Of a stretch of DNA of 64,000 nucleotides, positions 62,801 to 64,000 are shown in pieces. Source of the DNA: Lama guanicoe (lineage: Eukaryota); the NCBI GenBank assembly GCA_013239625.1, contig MU053379.1, positions 2,896,866-2,960,865 of the forward strand, in the 5' to 3' direction. The position numbers were made by a program, and so were the translations under genes. Each line of letters starts with the position of its first letter. Positions within the stretch are counted from its first letter, which is position 1. Under the pieces are notes generated by a model that saw only the letters and a program-made list of their open reading frames with translations, was not told the DNA's origin and made no database searches.

Positions 62801-63785
62801 AGACCCTGACTACAGCACGTCCCGTCAACCAGGTACCACCTGGAAGCCACAGACCAGATGCAGAAGCAGCTCCATGGGGTTTTCAGTTAGGACCCCTTAA
62901 GCCTCTTCTGGAATGACGGAAGGTCGCAGATCCTCTAATTACTACTGTTACACTATTCCTGAAAGAAAAATAAAATCTACCCTCTGTGTGGCCGCTAAGT
63001 GTTACTGACTGATAAACGTCCCAACATAAAAACAGTCAAAAGTTGCAAAACAGCTAGAAAAGAATTGTTTCCACAAAGGAGAAAAGAGGAAACACAGAGA
63101 CCACCAGTTCCACCCGCCTTGTGCTTATTACGTCGTTACTCATGTTAACGGCAGACAGGTGGCTGTGACTCCCCCAAGTTCTGCTGCCACCAAATACAGA
63201 GTCCCAAAGGGCTCAGCATAACATACGAGTGGATGAAGGTAAGTAACTCTCTATCGTTTACACTGTTGAAGCCACCTTGGTGGGTGGAATCATCGTATAG
63301 ATAAGCAACAAAGCCAAGGAATATTAACTCAGATGAAAACAAAATTAGCAATCATTTTTACAGTAAAGAACCTTGGCCAGAAAGTCAACAGTCAAAGTGT
63401 CTGTGTTATGTACAGGTGGCTGTGTACCTAAGTACGTCAGTATTCAGCAACAGGTTAGCAAGATACGCCAGCACACCAGGGTTTACACTGCAGCGCAGGT
63501 TTAGTCATCGCCAGTGTGCCGACGGGGGGAGAACCCAAGACTGCAGGCGGACAGGTGTCCTTCTGGCCCAGGTCCCGGCTAGGCCTGCCACACCAGACCA
63601 CGGCGCCACTTGAATGGTAAAGAAGAAATGCCGCCAGACCAAGGAGGAGCTCGATGGAATGGAGACCAGCAGGCTGTCCGCAGAGTCACTGCAGCGCTAA
63701 GGGCCCTCACCCTGTGCCGCAAAGCCAGGGACAAGCACAGCAGAGGCAAGGACGTGCGGACCAAGCACAGCCGCCTCGTTCCTCG

Positions 63786-63987
63786 CAGTCAGTCTCTCAC
63801 CTCAGCAGTGCTGAGGTTCCAGATCAGAGGCTCCCCGAGCCCGGGGCTGCCCGGGACGCGCCAGGGTGTTCGCAGCACCCGTCCGCTGGATGCCGGTGGT
63901 GCCACCCCAGCACCGACAACCACAAATGTCCCCAGATGTTGCCAAGTGTTCCCTGGGGGGCGAATCGCCCCCACCCGACAAGCACTG
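63786..63987. mobile_element. MER20-like DNA transposon
   Basis: 'gacaaccacaaatgtccccagatgttgccaagtgttccctggggggcgaatcgcccc...agcactg'. Confidence 0.8.
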
Positions 63988-64000
63988 CTCTAAATCATTC

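Noticed and set aside
63230..63245. Consensus plus-strand donor GAAG|gtaagt suggesting an antisense exon
   Set aside because: An isolated motif expected by chance in 64 kb, with no supporting acceptor or ORF.

Overview
Mammalian genomic DNA, very probably camelid (alpaca/camel), judged from two tRNA-Ala-derived Vic-1-type SINEs and artiodactyl-type L1 3' ends. The whole window lies inside RALGAPA2 (Ral GTPase-activating protein catalytic subunit alpha 2, AS250) on the minus strand. I resolved 15 internal coding exons (59199 down to 841; 1878 nt) that splice in phase into one uninterrupted reading frame of 625 complete codons. Of the 14 complete introns, 13 are GT-AG and one is GC-AG. The start codon, stop codon and C-terminal GAP domain lie outside the window. 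The introns contain ordinary mammalian repeats (L1, L2, MIR, MER20, a MER74-like LTR, SINEs, microsatellites), a minisatellite and a 63-N assembly gap. Most ORFs in the supplied track are spurious. I see no new protein-coding system. The most interesting unexplained signals are non-coding: several repeat-free, transcription-factor-motif-dense intronic blocks (candidate long-range enhancers, possibly for neighbouring developmental genes such as INSM1), a CCAAT/GC/TATA arrangement antisense to the gene, and patchy AT-to-GC drift of old repeats. These are motif-level inferences and are untested. Repeat family names are assigned from recalled consensus sequences, not from a search.
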